Source of the DNA: Naegleria gruberi
Taxonomy: Eukaryota
DNA: 64,000 nucleotides
Assembly (NCBI GenBank): GCA_000004985.1
Contig: GG738852.1
Strand: one strand, 5' to 3'
Position numbers and translations under genes: made by a program. Shown here piece by piece: positions 11,471 to 24,551 of this stretch (positions are counted from its first letter, which is position 1; the number at the start of each line of letters is the position of its first letter). The notes under the pieces were generated by a model that saw only the letters and a list, made by a program, of their open reading frames with translations, had not been told where the DNA came from and searched no databases.

Positions 11471-13279
11471 ATGGTAACAACATTTGAAGATATAACAGAA
11501 AAACCAATTCAAACAACAATAACAACACCACACATAATATCATCGGATGAAGTGTATGAAAATGTTGAAAGATTAAATTTATTTAAAGTTAAAGAAATTG
11601 TTGAAAAACATTTAGAAAATTTAAATTTATTTTCATTACAATATTCAAAGATGGAGGAATCAATGAGTGAGGAAGATTTATTTGATAATCCAGATTATTT
11701 ATCACATGATTTATTAAATATAATAGATGATGAATATAATACACCACTTCATAAATTAATTTTATTAGAAAATTTAAACAAATCACAAGAAAGTACAAGA
11801 TATCAAATTATTGAAGAATTAGTTATAAAAGCTAAAGTTAGATGTGATGTTGTTAATAATGATGGTTTAACTCCTTTATTAATTGCTGTAAAGAAAAACA
11901 AACCTAAAATTGTTACTTTATTAATTAAATTTGGTAAACATTGTTCAGTGAATGATAAATGTCAATCTGCTCCATATATTGGTTATACTTCACTTCATTC
12001 ATGTTGTACTTGGTCTTTAATTGATTCTAATGATAATAATTCAAATGATAACAATGATAATACAAATGAATCAAATGATAATAATAATGATGAATCAAAT
12101 GAATCAAATAATGATAATAACAAATCAAATGATGATGAATCAACAGTTAAAACATTAAGAACATTAGAATCAATGGCAAGATTATTAATATCATTAGGAG
12201 CTGATGTGAATAGTAAAAATTCAGAAGGTGAAACACCACTTCATACCTGTGCTAGAAATGGAACATTGGGAGTGGCTAGAATATTAATAAGTGAGGGAGC
12301 TAATGTAAATTCACAAAACAAACACAAAGTAACACCATTAATGATTGCCTGTACATTGGGTAATTTAAATATGGTTGATTTATTATTAGATTTTGAATTA
12401 CAAGAAGAGGGAAATGTACAATTGAAAAATAATTTATTATCCATTGATATTCAAGATCAAATGGGTGATACTGCTTTACATTTTGCATTTCAAAGTCAAT
12501 TACAAAGAGTATTTGCTAATGGTATTGAAGTTAGTCAAGATCATGAACGTATTGCTTATAGATTAGTTTATGCAGGTAAAGCTAATTTAGATTTATATTC
12601 TAAAGATGATTATTTACCAACTGATTTTACTTCAGATTCTTTTAAATTAATTTTAAGAATTGTTTCACAACATTCACATTTATTTCCATCTAATTTAGAT
12701 ACTTTATTACAATTACCTGATGATTTATTATCTTCTCCTTATTTAGATCCAAAAGAAAGAAAATTATTTGTACAAGCTATTAAAGAATATAGAAAAGATA
12801 GAAATGATTTAAATGAAGCTGAATCAAAGAAATCTGGTTGTCCAATGGTAACAGGTAATAGATCTTTAATGAAAAAGAGAAATAAGAATGATAGTAATAA
12901 GAATGATAATAATAAGAGTGATAATAAGAGTGATAGTAAGAATGATGAAAAATCTAATAGTACTGCTAATGGTGGTAGTAGTGCATTGGGTGCATTATTT
13001 GGTGGTGGTTCAATTCCAGCACATGGACAAGGTGGTGATATTTCAAAGTGTCCATTTATGAAGGGTAAACAACAACCTCAAGAAACAACAAGTGAATCTA
13101 CTACAAATACTACAAATACAACAAGTAATAATAATGGTGAAGAAAATAATATTGAACAACAACCAAAAGGAAAATGTCCAATTCCATATCATAATGAGTT
13201 AATGATGATATTTTCAAAGCAAAATCTCATTTATTTACTTGTTTTAATCATTTGTGTTGTACTTGCAAGAGTTCTCTAA
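11471..13279 (+). CDS. Ankyrin-repeat protein with Asp/Asn-rich insert, three Cys-Pro motifs and a C-terminal transmembrane tail anchor
   Basis: A single 602-aa ORF. Ankyrin repeats include 'NDGLTPLLIAVKKNKPKIVTLLIKFG', 'GETPLHTCARNGTLGVARILISEGANVNSQNKHKVTPLMIACTLGNLNMVDLLL' and 'GDTALHFA'. There is a D/N/S low-complexity insert. Three Cys-Pro motifs are present ('SGCPMVTG', 'SKCPFMKG', 'GKCPIPYH'). The C-terminus 'LIYLLVLIICVVLARVL' is hydrophobic and looks like a tail anchor. Confidence 0.7.
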   Translation: MVTTFEDITEKPIQTTITTPHIISSDEVYENVERLNLFKVKEIVEKHLENLNLFSLQYSKMEESMSEEDLFDNPDYLSHDLLNIIDDEYNTPLHKLILLENLNKSQESTRYQIIEELVIKAKVRCDVVNNDGLTPLLIAVKKNKPKIVTLLIKFGKHCSVNDKCQSAPYIGYTSLHSCCTWSLIDSNDNNSNDNNDNTNESNDNNNDESNESNNDNNKSNDDESTVKTLRTLESMARLLISLGADVNSKNSEGETPLHTCARNGTLGVARILISEGANVNSQNKHKVTPLMIACTLGNLNMVDLLLDFELQEEGNVQLKNNLLSIDIQDQMGDTALHFAFQSQLQRVFANGIEVSQDHERIAYRLVYAGKANLDLYSKDDYLPTDFTSDSFKLILRIVSQHSHLFPSNLDTLLQLPDDLLSSPYLDPKERKLFVQAIKEYRKDRNDLNEAESKKSGCPMVTGNRSLMKKRNKNDSNKNDNNKSDNKSDSKNDEKSNSTANGGSSALGALFGGGSIPAHGQGGDISKCPFMKGKQQPQETTSESTTNTTNTTSNNNGEENNIEQQPKGKCPIPYHNELMMIFSKQNLIYLLVLIICVVLARVL

Positions 13280-13519
13280 CTTGGCATAAATATTTGAATA
13301 ATAAATTTATTTTTGATACAATGATTTTCCCTTGCCTCAATTCCATTTTCTAGAGTTCAAGTTGAAAATGATTCTTTTTTTACAGTCATCCATAATTTCC
13401 TTACTGATCTGTTAAGATAATAATTTAATAGAGATTTAGATCAATAAAATAATATTCAAATTTTATATAAAATAATTATTTAATAAAATATTTAAAATTG
13501 TTGTTGAATAATAAAATAA

Positions 13520-16500
13520 TTATTCATCATCTTCTTCATCAGAATCAGAATCACCATAACTTGCACCACCTCTAACAGATGAAGTAGAAGCAGAGTTATT
13601 TAATCTTCTCATTAATTGTTGGAATTTTCTTCTCTCAGAATCCAAATCAGATTTCAATTTAGTATTTTCAGATTCCAAATCATCAACTTGATCTCTAGTG
13701 GATTGTAATTGAGATTCAATTCTACTCTTTTCTTGAGCAATTAATAATTGATTTGAAGATTCAGTTTCCAATCTCAAAACAGACATTTTCAATTCACGTT
13801 CCAATCTATCAGCCTTTTGTTCAGCCAAAGTTCTATAACGTTCAGAGTCAGATAATGAACGTTGAGCATCACGTAATTCAGATTCTAATGAATTTGAAGA
13901 TTTGGAGAATTTCTTCTTATCATTCTTCAACTTGTTATATAAATCTTGTAAATCTTGTAATTCTTGTTCATATTGAGCACGAACACGACGTGATTCTTCA
14001 TCCTTCTTTTGATTGGCTAATTCTAATTGAACTTTAAGATTTTGAACATCACGTTTCCATCTATTTGCTTCTTCTTCATTGTAAATTCTTTCAGATCTTT
14101 CCTTCTTTAATTCAGATTGAAGTTCACTTAAAATTTCATTATGTTGTTGTTTAACACTTGATAATTCATCTTGTAAATCTTCAGCCTTTTCTGCCAAATC
14201 TCTCAAATCTTCAATTTCAGTTTCCAATGATAATTTAACAGATTCAATCTTTTTCTTTGATTTAACTTCTTGATTATACTTGTCTCTGAAATCATTCAAT
14301 TCAAATTCAGTTAATTTTCTCTTTTGTTCAGTGTCAGCAAGTTGAATAACTTGATCTTCTAATTGAGCTTTCAATTTAATTAATTCAGAATCATATTCAC
14401 GTCTCAATCTTGAAATTTCAGCAGATGAAACTGTTGATGATGAAGAACCATCACCACCTTCTGAAGCATCCTTCTTTAATTGTTTCAATTGATTCTTTAA
14501 ATCCTTATTATCTGATTGAAGTTTTCTAATTTCTTGATTTAATTTTTCATCTGAATCATCCATTGAACGTTGTAATTGATCTAAACGTTGTTTCATTGTT
14601 GAAACTTCACGTTCCTTATCTTGTTTTGTACGATCTAAATCTTGTTGTGCTTTAGCAGCATCTGATTGTAATTGTTTGTTTTCAGATTCAATTTGTGAAA
14701 TGGATTGATCTTTTTGATCTGCTTTTGATTTCCATTCAAGTACATCACGTTCTAATTTATCAACTTGTGATTCAAATTCATCCTTTTCAGATTCTAAATC
14801 TTTGTATTTTCTATCTCTTTCTCTTAATTCTGATTTTAATTTCAAAGTTTCAGAATCATTACTTGATAAATTTGTTCTAACATTTTCCAAATCAGATCTC
14901 AATTGTGAAATTTCACGTAAAAGTCTTTGATTTTCATCTTTTGATAAATTTAATTGATTCTCACGATCAGCAATAACTTGTTGTGTTTGTTTGTGTTTTT
15001 GATTTTCATCTTTGAAACGTTGTTCAGATTCTTGTAATTGTTCTAATTGTTTCTTTAAATCATCTTTCATCTTTTTAATTTGTTTTTGAGCTTCTTCTGA
15101 AATGTTTGAATTATCTGAAAGTTGTGATCTTAATTGTTCTAATTGATCTCTTAAATTCTTTAATTCTTGTTCACGTTGAGCCAGTGTTGATTCTAAAACT
15201 TCAGATTTTGATTTATATTCAGTTTCAGATCTTCTTAAAAATTCTAAATCTGATCTCAATTTTTGAGTTTGATTCTTTTCCTGATCTAAATCATATTGTT
15301 GATCACGTACTTGTTTTTCTAATTTAGATTTTAATAAATCTAATTGTGTTAAATCTGATTCTAATTGTGTTAAACGATCACGATTTTGATTCAATTCTGA
15401 AGATTGTGTTGATGATTTTGATTTTTCTCTTGATAATTCTTCTTTTGAATTATTCAATTCCAATTCAACATCCCTGATACGATTCATTAATTCACGTTTT
15501 CTATTTTCAGATTCTTGTAATTGTTGTTTGGTATTATCTTGATCTGTATTTGATGATTTAACTTCAGATTCTAATCTTTTAACTTTAAGTTCTAAATCTG
15601 ATTTATCATGTTCTAATTGTGTTTTATCCTTCTTTAAATTTCTAACATCTCTATCAGATGAATTTAATTTAGATTCAGTTTCTTCCATTCTCTTTCTAGT
15701 ATCTTCTAATTTTTGAGAGAGATTGGAAATTTCATCTTGTGTACGTTGTTTTTCACGTTGTAATTCTGATTGTAATTTGTTCAATTCATTTTCAGATTTT
15801 AATCTCAAATCAGATAAATCACGTTCATAAGCTTGATTTTCTCTCTTTAATCTTTCATTTAAATCTTCTAATTCTGATATTCTCAATTTTAATGAGGCAA
15901 TTTCACGTTTCAATTCATCAATTTCATTGGATAAATCTTTAGATTGAGATTCAATACGTTCCTTATCAAAACGTTCAGTATCTAATTGTTGTGCTAATTC
16001 ACGTGATTTCTTTTCTAAATCATTTCTCTTTCTCTTTTCTTCTTCTAATTCACCAAATAATTGTTCAGATTGTTGATCATTGGTTAATTTTTGTTTTCTC
16101 AATTGATCAAATTCACGTGTCTTTTTATCTAATTCTTGTTGGAATGTATCTAATTGTTTCTTCATTGAATTTGATTGTAATTCTAATTCATTCTTATCAA
16201 TTTCATTCTTTCTCAAATCTTGTTCCATATCTTGAACTTTACGTTTATAATCAATAATTTCATTATCACGTTCTCTTAATTTACGTTCCTTATCAATCAT
16301 TTCTTGTCTTGTTTGATCTAGAGAATAATCAGATGAATTCAAAGTATTCTTTGTAATATTCAATTCAGTTTTAACATCTTCTAATTCATTTAATGCTCTT
16401 TCTAATTCTTCTTTCATTTCTTGTACTGATTTACCACGTTGTAATACTTCTACATCTTTATCAGATAATTGTCTTTTAGCTTGATCTAATTGTGTCTTTA

Positions 16501-19500
16501 ATTGATTCATTTCAAAATCCTTATTTTGTAAATCTCTTCTCAAATTATTCATTGCACTTTCACCATCTTTTAATGATCCATTCAAATTTTCCATTTCAGA
16601 TTCTCTATTTTGAATTTTATCTTTCATATCTCTCATCATTTGTTGTAATTGTTCAATTTCTGATTCTCTAATGGCCATTTCAGATCTAATTTGTTCAACA
16701 TTTCTATTCAAATTATCCTTTTCTTGTTCTGTAATTTTGTTATTTTCAATTTGATTGGCAATTTCTTGTTTCAATTTTTCAATTTCATCTTTCATTTGTT
16801 GGAGAATCTTATCAGAACGATCAGCTTCAACTAATGGTCTAACTTTAACAAATAATTGATACCAATCCCAATCTTTCATACTCAAATAGGCACGGAAATT
16901 ACGTTGTAATAATTTGATATAAACAATTCTACCCATCAATTTCTTATATTGTTTACGTGCTGAATGACCTTGACAAGCTGCTTGTGCTAATGCAATAACT
17001 TTTTCAATTTCTGCCTCTCTCAATTCTTCTAATTGAGCTTCAACACCTGATTTGAGGAAAATCTTTGTTTTACCTAATTTATATTTAGAATCATCTAGTG
17101 AGGTAATTTTAGAAATGATGGCATGACACTTTTCACGTTCCAATTTCATTCCATCCAATGATTTTTTATCTTTGGCCAATAATTCATATCTCTTAACAAA
17201 TTCATTGAATTTAATTCTACCTGGATAACCCTTTCTAGAAATTCTAATACCTTCCAATACACCATTACATTTCAATTGTTCTAAAACACTTGGTGCTTGA
17301 ATAATACCTGGTTTTTGTAAATTATTTGGTTTGATACAACGAATGAAATGAGGTTCAGTTGAACTCAATAATTGAATTAAATCACTCAATTGTTTCTTAT
17401 ACTTGTTACCAACAGTTTGGAAACGAACACCTGCACCTGAAACACCACGCTTATTCTTATCAGAATCTGATGAACCACCTGAACCACCAGATGATTGTTG
17501 ATCAACAAAGAGTTTCTTAATGAATGGAAGTTGTGATTTTTGCATAGCCATTTTACAATCATCATTCAATGGATCAACATTCTTACTGTACCAATCACGA
17601 ACATTATATTTAACTTCACCTGCATAGTGAGTTACAATGAATGATTTTTGATCAAATTTATCCTTTCTCAATTTTTCAGATTTTTGATTCTTTGACAACA
17701 AGTCACGTACGAATGATTCTTCATCTTGATTTTGAACAACACATTTTTGATGTAAAATATCTAAAACACCTTGTGGTTTTTCAATTAAATCAATAGTTGG
17801 TTGTAAATCTAAACCAAAATCAATGAAATTCCAAGCAATATCTTCTCTCAAATATTCTTCTTGTTCCTTCTTGAACATGTGATGATTGAAAAATTGTTGT
17901 AATTTTTCATTTGTAAAATTGATACACATTTGTTCAAAACTGTTCAATTCAAAGATTTCAAAACCAGCAATATCTAAAACACCAATAAAATTCTTAATTT
18001 CACATTTGGCATTCATTGATTGATTAATCTTTTGAACAATCCAATCAAACATTCTCAAATAAGTTGACATGACTAGTGCATTTCTATTAAAATTAGCTTT
18101 TCTAGAATCAACTGCCATTTCAATAATTTCACCTGGTAAAATAATACGTGGTTTACAGAAACCTTTTGTTAATTGATCGGATGGAACTGATAAAATATCA
18201 CATGCAAAATCTAATGGTGATCCTGATTTTACATTTGAAACAATTTGTGCATGTTCTTCTTCATTATCTTTAAATTGAACATTACCAATATGTAAAATGA
18301 AGGAAACAATTCTAAAAATCATATCAATTTCAGAATCTGACATTTTCATAACTTTCATTGATTGTAAAGTTAATTTCAAATCATTTGTATCATCAACACC
18401 TGGTACAACATAACAATTTGATTGATTAATATATTCAAAATCAGATGGTTCTGTCAAGTATAATTCCTTCTTCTTATCAGAATCTAATGAAAATATTTGA
18501 TAGAAAATGTGAAAACTTCTCTCATTCAATGCTTGTCTAATAACTCTTGTTGTTTCTAACAAGTAGTGTTGAATTCTACAACCACCAATATATCCCTGTT
18601 TATCAAATTGAATTTCAATAAATTTACCAAAACGTGAAGAATTATCATTTCTCAATGTTTTAGCATTACCAAATGATTCTAATAATGGATTACACATGAT
18701 CAATTGTTGTTCAATTTGACCACCACTACCACCTTTACCAGCAACATGTGTCAAGTATTGAATAACACGTTTAGTATTAACAGTTTTACCTGCACCAGAT
18801 TCACCTGTAATGAGCATACTTTGATTCTCACCATTCTGTAACATTTGTCTATAGGCAACATCTGAAACTGTATAAATGTGTGGTTCAACATCTTCACGTC
18901 TCTTACCATCATGTCTCTTTATAACCTCATCGGTATAAATTGGTAAATTCTTATACGGATTCACTGCTACCAAAAATAGACCACTATAAGTATAGATTTG
19001 ATCTCTCTCATATCTGTACTTTAAATTATAAAATACAGATGGTTCATTTAACAAGGATAATTGTGCCATATCTGGAATACCATCCTGTTTTTTATCATGA
19101 TTGGATATGATTGGTTATGATTGGATGATTGGATGATTGGATATTGTGTAAGTATGATTGATTGGTTATGATTGGATGATTGGATATTGTAAAGTATTAC
19201 AACAATAACAATAATAATAAAAATATATATAAATATAAATATATATATAAATAAAAAACATACCAATTTTTGTGGATTCATAGGATAAACCATATCAGGT
19301 TTACATTTATCAATTCTACCATCATCTAATTTGAATTGAACTTCACTTGCAGTTTCTTCAATAATTTCACCAACAACAAAACCACCTTCACCATCAGGTA
19401 CCCACTTGAATTTGTTTGAAGTTGCTTGATCTGATTTTTGTTGTTCTAATAAACGTTGAAAGAAGGATGATTTATTATCACCTCCTGATTTCTTGGCTCT

Positions 19501-19527
19501 TCTTGGAGTTGTGGTTTCACTTGACAT
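13520..19527 (-). CDS. Myosin II heavy chain (conventional myosin; ~1,935 aa); 2 exons (19527..19264, 19084..13520), intron 19263..19085
   Basis: Exon 1 encodes the N-terminal SH3-like subdomain ('KFKWVPDGEGGFVVGEII...KCKPDMVYPMNPQKL'). It ends with a GTATGT donor. The acceptor ...aaaaacag precedes exon 2, which begins 'DGIPDMAQLSLLNEPSVFYNLKYRYERDQIYTYSGLFLVAVNPYK'. Motor motifs are present: P-loop 'GESGAGKT', switch II 'LDIAGFEIFE', and an IQ motif 'LQRNFRAYL'. A ~1,000-aa heptad coiled-coil tail follows. This architecture is diagnostic of class II myosin. Confidence 0.9.
19097..19190. repeat. Tandem direct repeats of 'GATTGG(A/T)T' units, including a ~30-bp duplication, inside myosin II intron 1
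   Basis: The plus strand reads 'tgattggatatgattggttatgattggatgattggatgattggatattgt...gattgattggttatgattggatgattggatattgt'. The block 'ttggttatgattggatgattggatattgt' occurs twice. Confidence 0.6.
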
Positions 19528-20475
19528 TTTGAAACGACTATTGTATTATAATGTTATTAGAAGTTGAGTATATTATCTCTTCTTTTTAATCTATTATATC
19601 TAATTGACTTGCACACGTGTGTGAAAAATAATAGAGTGTAGTGTTATTGAAGAGAGAAAACTGTTTTTTTTAATGATTTTTAAGAGAGATGATGATGATG
19701 GATGTTGTTAATTATTGATTGATTTGTGAAGTCATCATTTGTATTGACGACTTGTTACCTATTATTTATCAGTGATGACATTTGATAGATTCGAAAAGTC
19801 AAAAATGTGTTACCTTTACAATTCTTATTATCGCCATTGGTGAGCAATAATCAGTGATGATTGAGAGGTTTCATTTGTGAGTTTTATTGTTCACTGAATA
19901 AAATTGTAATATTCACTGAAGAATAGATTACTCTTTGAAAGGAACCACCTGATGGAAATCACAACGGTAGCATAGTTTCAATGTAGTGTATCGAAAAGGA
20001 TAAGTGAGAAGTGGTTCTCTTCTCTTTATTCGAAAGAAATTTTGCTCAAGTCCATTTCACCTGGACTGTGATATTATTAAAGTCATGCAAGATTAAAAAG
20101 AAGGTGATCACATTTTTGTAGAAGAAGGAAATATCATATGATGGATTTCTAACATACAATATCAAACTAAAACAATAAAAGTGTGTTGTATTACGAGTAT
20201 TATTAAAAAAGTTAATATTTTTGATCAACAACTCATTCAGCCTAACACTTGTAAGCGCCAAAATCTAACGGCAAAAAGGCTTGATTAATAAAAATATTTA
20301 AAAAAAATATTTTGATAAATTTTTAACCTGCTCTTTCCCTTCTCCGATCTCTCATCACACATTTTTTCAAAATAAATATTCCTTCCATCGTAGCATTTAA
20401 TTTATACTTTCAACCATCGGAAACAATAGTATAGTTAGTAATAACAACAACAACAACAACTGGTAATCTTCTCCA

Positions 20476-23400
20476 ATGCCAAAACAAACAAAAATCACGG
20501 ATACATTTTTCAAGCCTAAGGCTTCATCATCATCAAATGACAATGTGTCAAATACTTTCGGATTATTATTACCAATAGATGATGTAGTGGATGAAAATAA
20601 TTTACTAGATACATTTATAAATTCAGCTATTAATGGAGGTGTAAAGAGAAATTGGAATATTCAACAATTAAAAAAGACTGTAGGAGATATAAATTCAGAA
20701 TTTAAACCTCAAATAGAAAAAAGAACAGCTTTTTGGGAAAAGGAATTAGAAAAATTAAATAATATTAAAATACCAATAAGGAAATCAAGTCAATCAGATA
20801 TTGAATCAGGTGATAAATCACAAAAAACATTATTGGATTACTTTACAAAAAATGAAAAATCATCTCAAAATGAATCAAATATTACAACAATAGTTTTAGA
20901 ATCACAAGATGTTCCTCAAGATTTAGTAATTCCAATGTTAGATCCACGTACAAGTGATTTAAATATTACAACTACTAATAATGGTAATAATTCTATTAAT
21001 AATACTTCAAATAATAATAATACTACTATTGCATTAATAATAATACTTCAAATAATAATAATACTACTACTACTACTACTACTTCTATTCAAATAACACC
21101 ACCAAATGAAATTGTAACAAGTAATATTATTCAACCTTCTAATAATAATAATACTACTACTAGTATAGTAGATACAAATAATAATAATAATAATAATAAT
21201 ACAATAATCAATAATAATACTAGTAATAATACAACTATTATTGATAATAATACTACTGATGATAATAATGATATATTTTTGGATGAAGAAGAAATTATTA
21301 AACCAATTACACCATCTGAAACTGCTACCAACAATAATAATATTATGGATAGTGAAATTATAACTCTAACTTCCAATGATTTAGATGATTTATTAATGGA
21401 AGATATTATTCAAGTACCTTCCAATACTTTAAATACTACTGAAATAACACAAAATGAAACTGTTAAATTATCCTCTCCTTCACTTTCCTCTATTAATAAT
21501 AATAATACCACTACTAATACTATCACCAATACTCCACCCATTAATCCTACAACAACTTCTGCAACTTCTGCTACTACTACAGCCACTATACCATCATCAT
21601 CATCCAATAATTCAACTACTGCTTCTACCACTGAAATTAAATTAATTAAATCACCAAATTTAGAAGGTAAAAAACCAAAACAAGAAATAACTAAAATAGA
21701 AAGTGAAATAACAACAGGTGTTGAAGAAATATTAACAACACCTAAAAAAACAAGAAAGACAACAAGTTCTAAAAAGTCAACTGCCAGTAAGAAAACATCT
21801 AAAAAAGGGTCAAAGAAGAGAAAAGTTCAAGATGATGATGCCATGTTAGATGACGATGATGATGAATATAAACCATCTTTAACAGATGAAGAAGATTTAA
21901 TACTTGATGAAGAAATTGAAGATGATGAAGATGAAACTATTGGAAAATCTGGAAAGAGAAAAAGACCAGCAGCTAAAAAAGTTACAGATGAACAAGATGA
22001 AGAAATTCTTAATCAAATACTTGATGAAGAGGATGAACCTCTTACTATTAAGACCACAACTACTAATACTACTACCAATAATAATACTTCTATTATGAAT
22101 TCATCAGCTATTGCAAGTGAAACCAAAACAATAACAAAACAACCATCAACTAAAACATCCATTTCAGATACCACTTCTAACAAGTCAACAAGTAAAACAT
22201 CTTCCACTGCTTCAAATTCCAAGTCAACAATTAAAGAAGAAGATGAAGAAGTTGCTGCTACTGCTGCTGTTGAAGATGAAGAAGAAATTATTGAAACACC
22301 AATCAAGACAAGATCAGCAAGAAAAAAGACAAGACAATCAGGTAAATCAAGCCTTGATTCTGAAAATGAAACATCAGCTAACAAATCATCAACTAAATCA
22401 ACAACAGGATCAACAACACCAACAAGTGTTGGTAATAATGATTTATTTGAAGAAATGTCAAATTCTATTGTTCAATCACCATCAATGGAAGATGAACCTC
22501 AAACACCTGCAAATAGTAAAAAGAAGAAGAGAACAACAACAACAGTTAGAAGAAGAAAAAAGAAATCAGAAGATGGAACAGTTTCATCATTTTCTGATGG
22601 TATTGATGGTGGTGATTCATTCCTTAGTCATGAAGATGAACTCTATGTTTCTACAAATAGTAATACTGATACAAGTGCACCTTCATATCAATTTTGGGAT
22701 TATGTAAATAGTTTCTTTCCTGTTATTAAGAAGGATAGATTACAATTATTAGAAATTGAACATTCTGATGATGATGATGCTTTTAACATTTCAAAAAGAG
22801 GAAAACATTACACTGAAAAATGGGAAGATGAAAATTGTAAATTATTTCCACATTTATTTAAGAAGGAAGTTCCTTCTCCAATGGAAAATGAATCCATCAG
22901 CATTTCTGCTACTCATAACACTACTCATAATACTTTTAATAACTTATCAACAACAAACAATATTTCATTTTCCAATTCAATTAATGTTGATAAGAATTCA
23001 AAACACTTTTTTTCACAACACAATTTAACACAAAGACTTTTATCAAGTTTAATTGAGGAGAGAGATTTAGTTTCAGTAGAAACATTTTTCAATGATGAAA
23101 ATTCATCATCCTCCTCCTCAGCAACAACATCAGGTCTAGTCTTTGATAGTGATGAAGAATCTGATTCATCAAGTGCTAGAAAAACTACACGTTCAACTAG
23201 GAAGAGTATTGCTGGAAATTCAAATAATATTGCTCAATATTCAAATGTATTTGCATCACCATCATCTTTGAATAATGGTAATTCTAATAATCAATCAACT
23301 AATGCTGCCAATTCAAATATTAATTCAATGTTAGATAATTTTTCCAATTCATTTTCAATTCTTGAACAACAACAGCAACATGAAATTGGTGAACATTTAA

Positions 23401-23864
23401 AACAAAAACTTCCAACACTTTCAAAAACTCACAATCAAAAATCAAATCAAGTTTTACAAGCATCAAATCAATTTAAAGATTTTGAACAACAATTATTTGA
23501 ACCATCATTTGATTATTCATCTCAATATTTAAATATATTTGAAGAGAAATTAATGAGTGAAATTAAAAGTATTGGATTATTACCACCTCCTCCATCACAA
23601 CAAACAACAAGTAATAATAATAATAACATGTTAACACCATTGTGGTTTGATGAAGAATCGAGAGAGGATGATGAAATTTGTGCTGAAATTAGAACTCTTC
23701 AAAACAAACTACGACAACAAATGGAAAAGACCAACACCTATAGAATGAAAATATTAACAAGTGTTAAAGAGAAATTACATGAAGAAACTGAAATTGGAAA
23801 GAAAATTTTATTATTTTCAGAATTGGAAAAGAAATTATTTCCTCCAACTCAAAAGAAACGTTAA
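20476..23864 (+). CDS. Large low-complexity (Asn/Ser/Thr-rich, acidic and Lys-rich) nuclear-like protein. The reading frame is disrupted near 21021-21097 (ORFs 20476..21096 and 21279..23864 are one gene)
   Basis: The frame-1 ORF (MPKQTKITDTFFKPK...) and the frame-3 ORF overlap between 21021 and 21097. That region is an (AAT)n/(ACT)n tract. Frame 3 is open from 21021 ('YYYCINNTSNNNTTTTTTTSIQITPPNEIVTSN...'), so a +/-1 indel or an unrecognised micro-intron joins the two. The N-terminus has a PIP-box-like motif, 'QTKITDTFF'. The downstream part has a K/S-rich basic patch ('KKTRKTTSSKKSTASKKTSKKGSKKRKVQ'), followed by acidic runs ('DDDDDEYKPSLTDEEDLILDEEIEDDEDE'). The product is unknown. Confidence 0.5.
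21000..21270. repeat. (AAT)n/(ACT)n trinucleotide microsatellite tract inside the coding sequence
   Basis: Long runs of 'aataataataat' and 'actactactact'. This is the site of the frame disruption in the 20476-23864 gene. Confidence 0.7.
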
Positions 23865-23978
23865 TAAATTATTTTACAATTCTGATATTTTTTACAATCT
23901 TTCTATTAAATTAAGTTGAAAGTTTTCTGGATTTAAATATATTTACAAATTAATACAACCATGTTGATGATAATGAAA

Positions 23979-24551
23979 TTACCAATAATTCTTATCATAA
24001 TTAGTTGAATTTGAAGGTCTATAAGTGGTTGATGATCTTGAATTTGATCTCATTTCAGATAAATTTTCATTTGTATACTCTGGTATTAATTCTGAAAAGT
24101 ACATTTGTTTATGAAGTCTATTAGTAAATTCTTGTGCTAAATCTTGAGCTTGTTGGTGAGTTAAATTTCTTTCCATTTCATATTCATTACCATTATCATC
24201 TAATCTTACAACTCTCCATATTGGTTTATCATGAATACTCTTTACTTTATCAGTATTATTAGTGTTAGTATTAATATTGGCATTATTATCAGTATTATTA
24301 GTATTATTATTAGTATTATTGATTTTAATATTATTATTATTGAATGTAGTAGTATTAGACTTTTCAAATAGATTAAATGATTGACTGAAATGATTTGAAT
24401 AGTTTGAATTCAATGTATATGGAATAATATAATTGTTTGTATTGATTCCTATAATACTACTACTACAATTATTACAATTATAAGGTGATAATGTAATATT
24501 ATGACTTGTTGATTGATACGATGATCGGATACGAAGTGTTTGTTTCAACAT
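23979..24551 (-). CDS. Hypothetical protein (Asn/Thr-rich N-terminal half, conserved-looking C-terminal ~80 aa)
   Basis: The 190-aa ORF ends 'KPIWRVVRLDDNGNEYEMERNLTHQQAQDLAQEFTNRLHKQMYFSELIPEYT'. No family recognised. Its codon usage resembles neighbouring genes. Confidence 0.35.
   Translation of the reverse strand: MLKQTLRIRSSYQSTSHNITLSPYNCNNCSSSIIGINTNNYIIPYTLNSNYSNHFSQSFNLFEKSNTTTFNNNNIKINNTNNNTNNTDNNANINTNTNNTDKVKSIHDKPIWRVVRLDDNGNEYEMERNLTHQQAQDLAQEFTNRLHKQMYFSELIPEYTNENLSEMRSNSRSSTTYRPSNSTNYDKNYW

Noticed and set aside
20046-20261. 71-aa ORF in the myosin II / 20476-gene divergent promoter region.
   Set aside because: It is short with AT-rich junk translation and is located in a probable bidirectional promoter.
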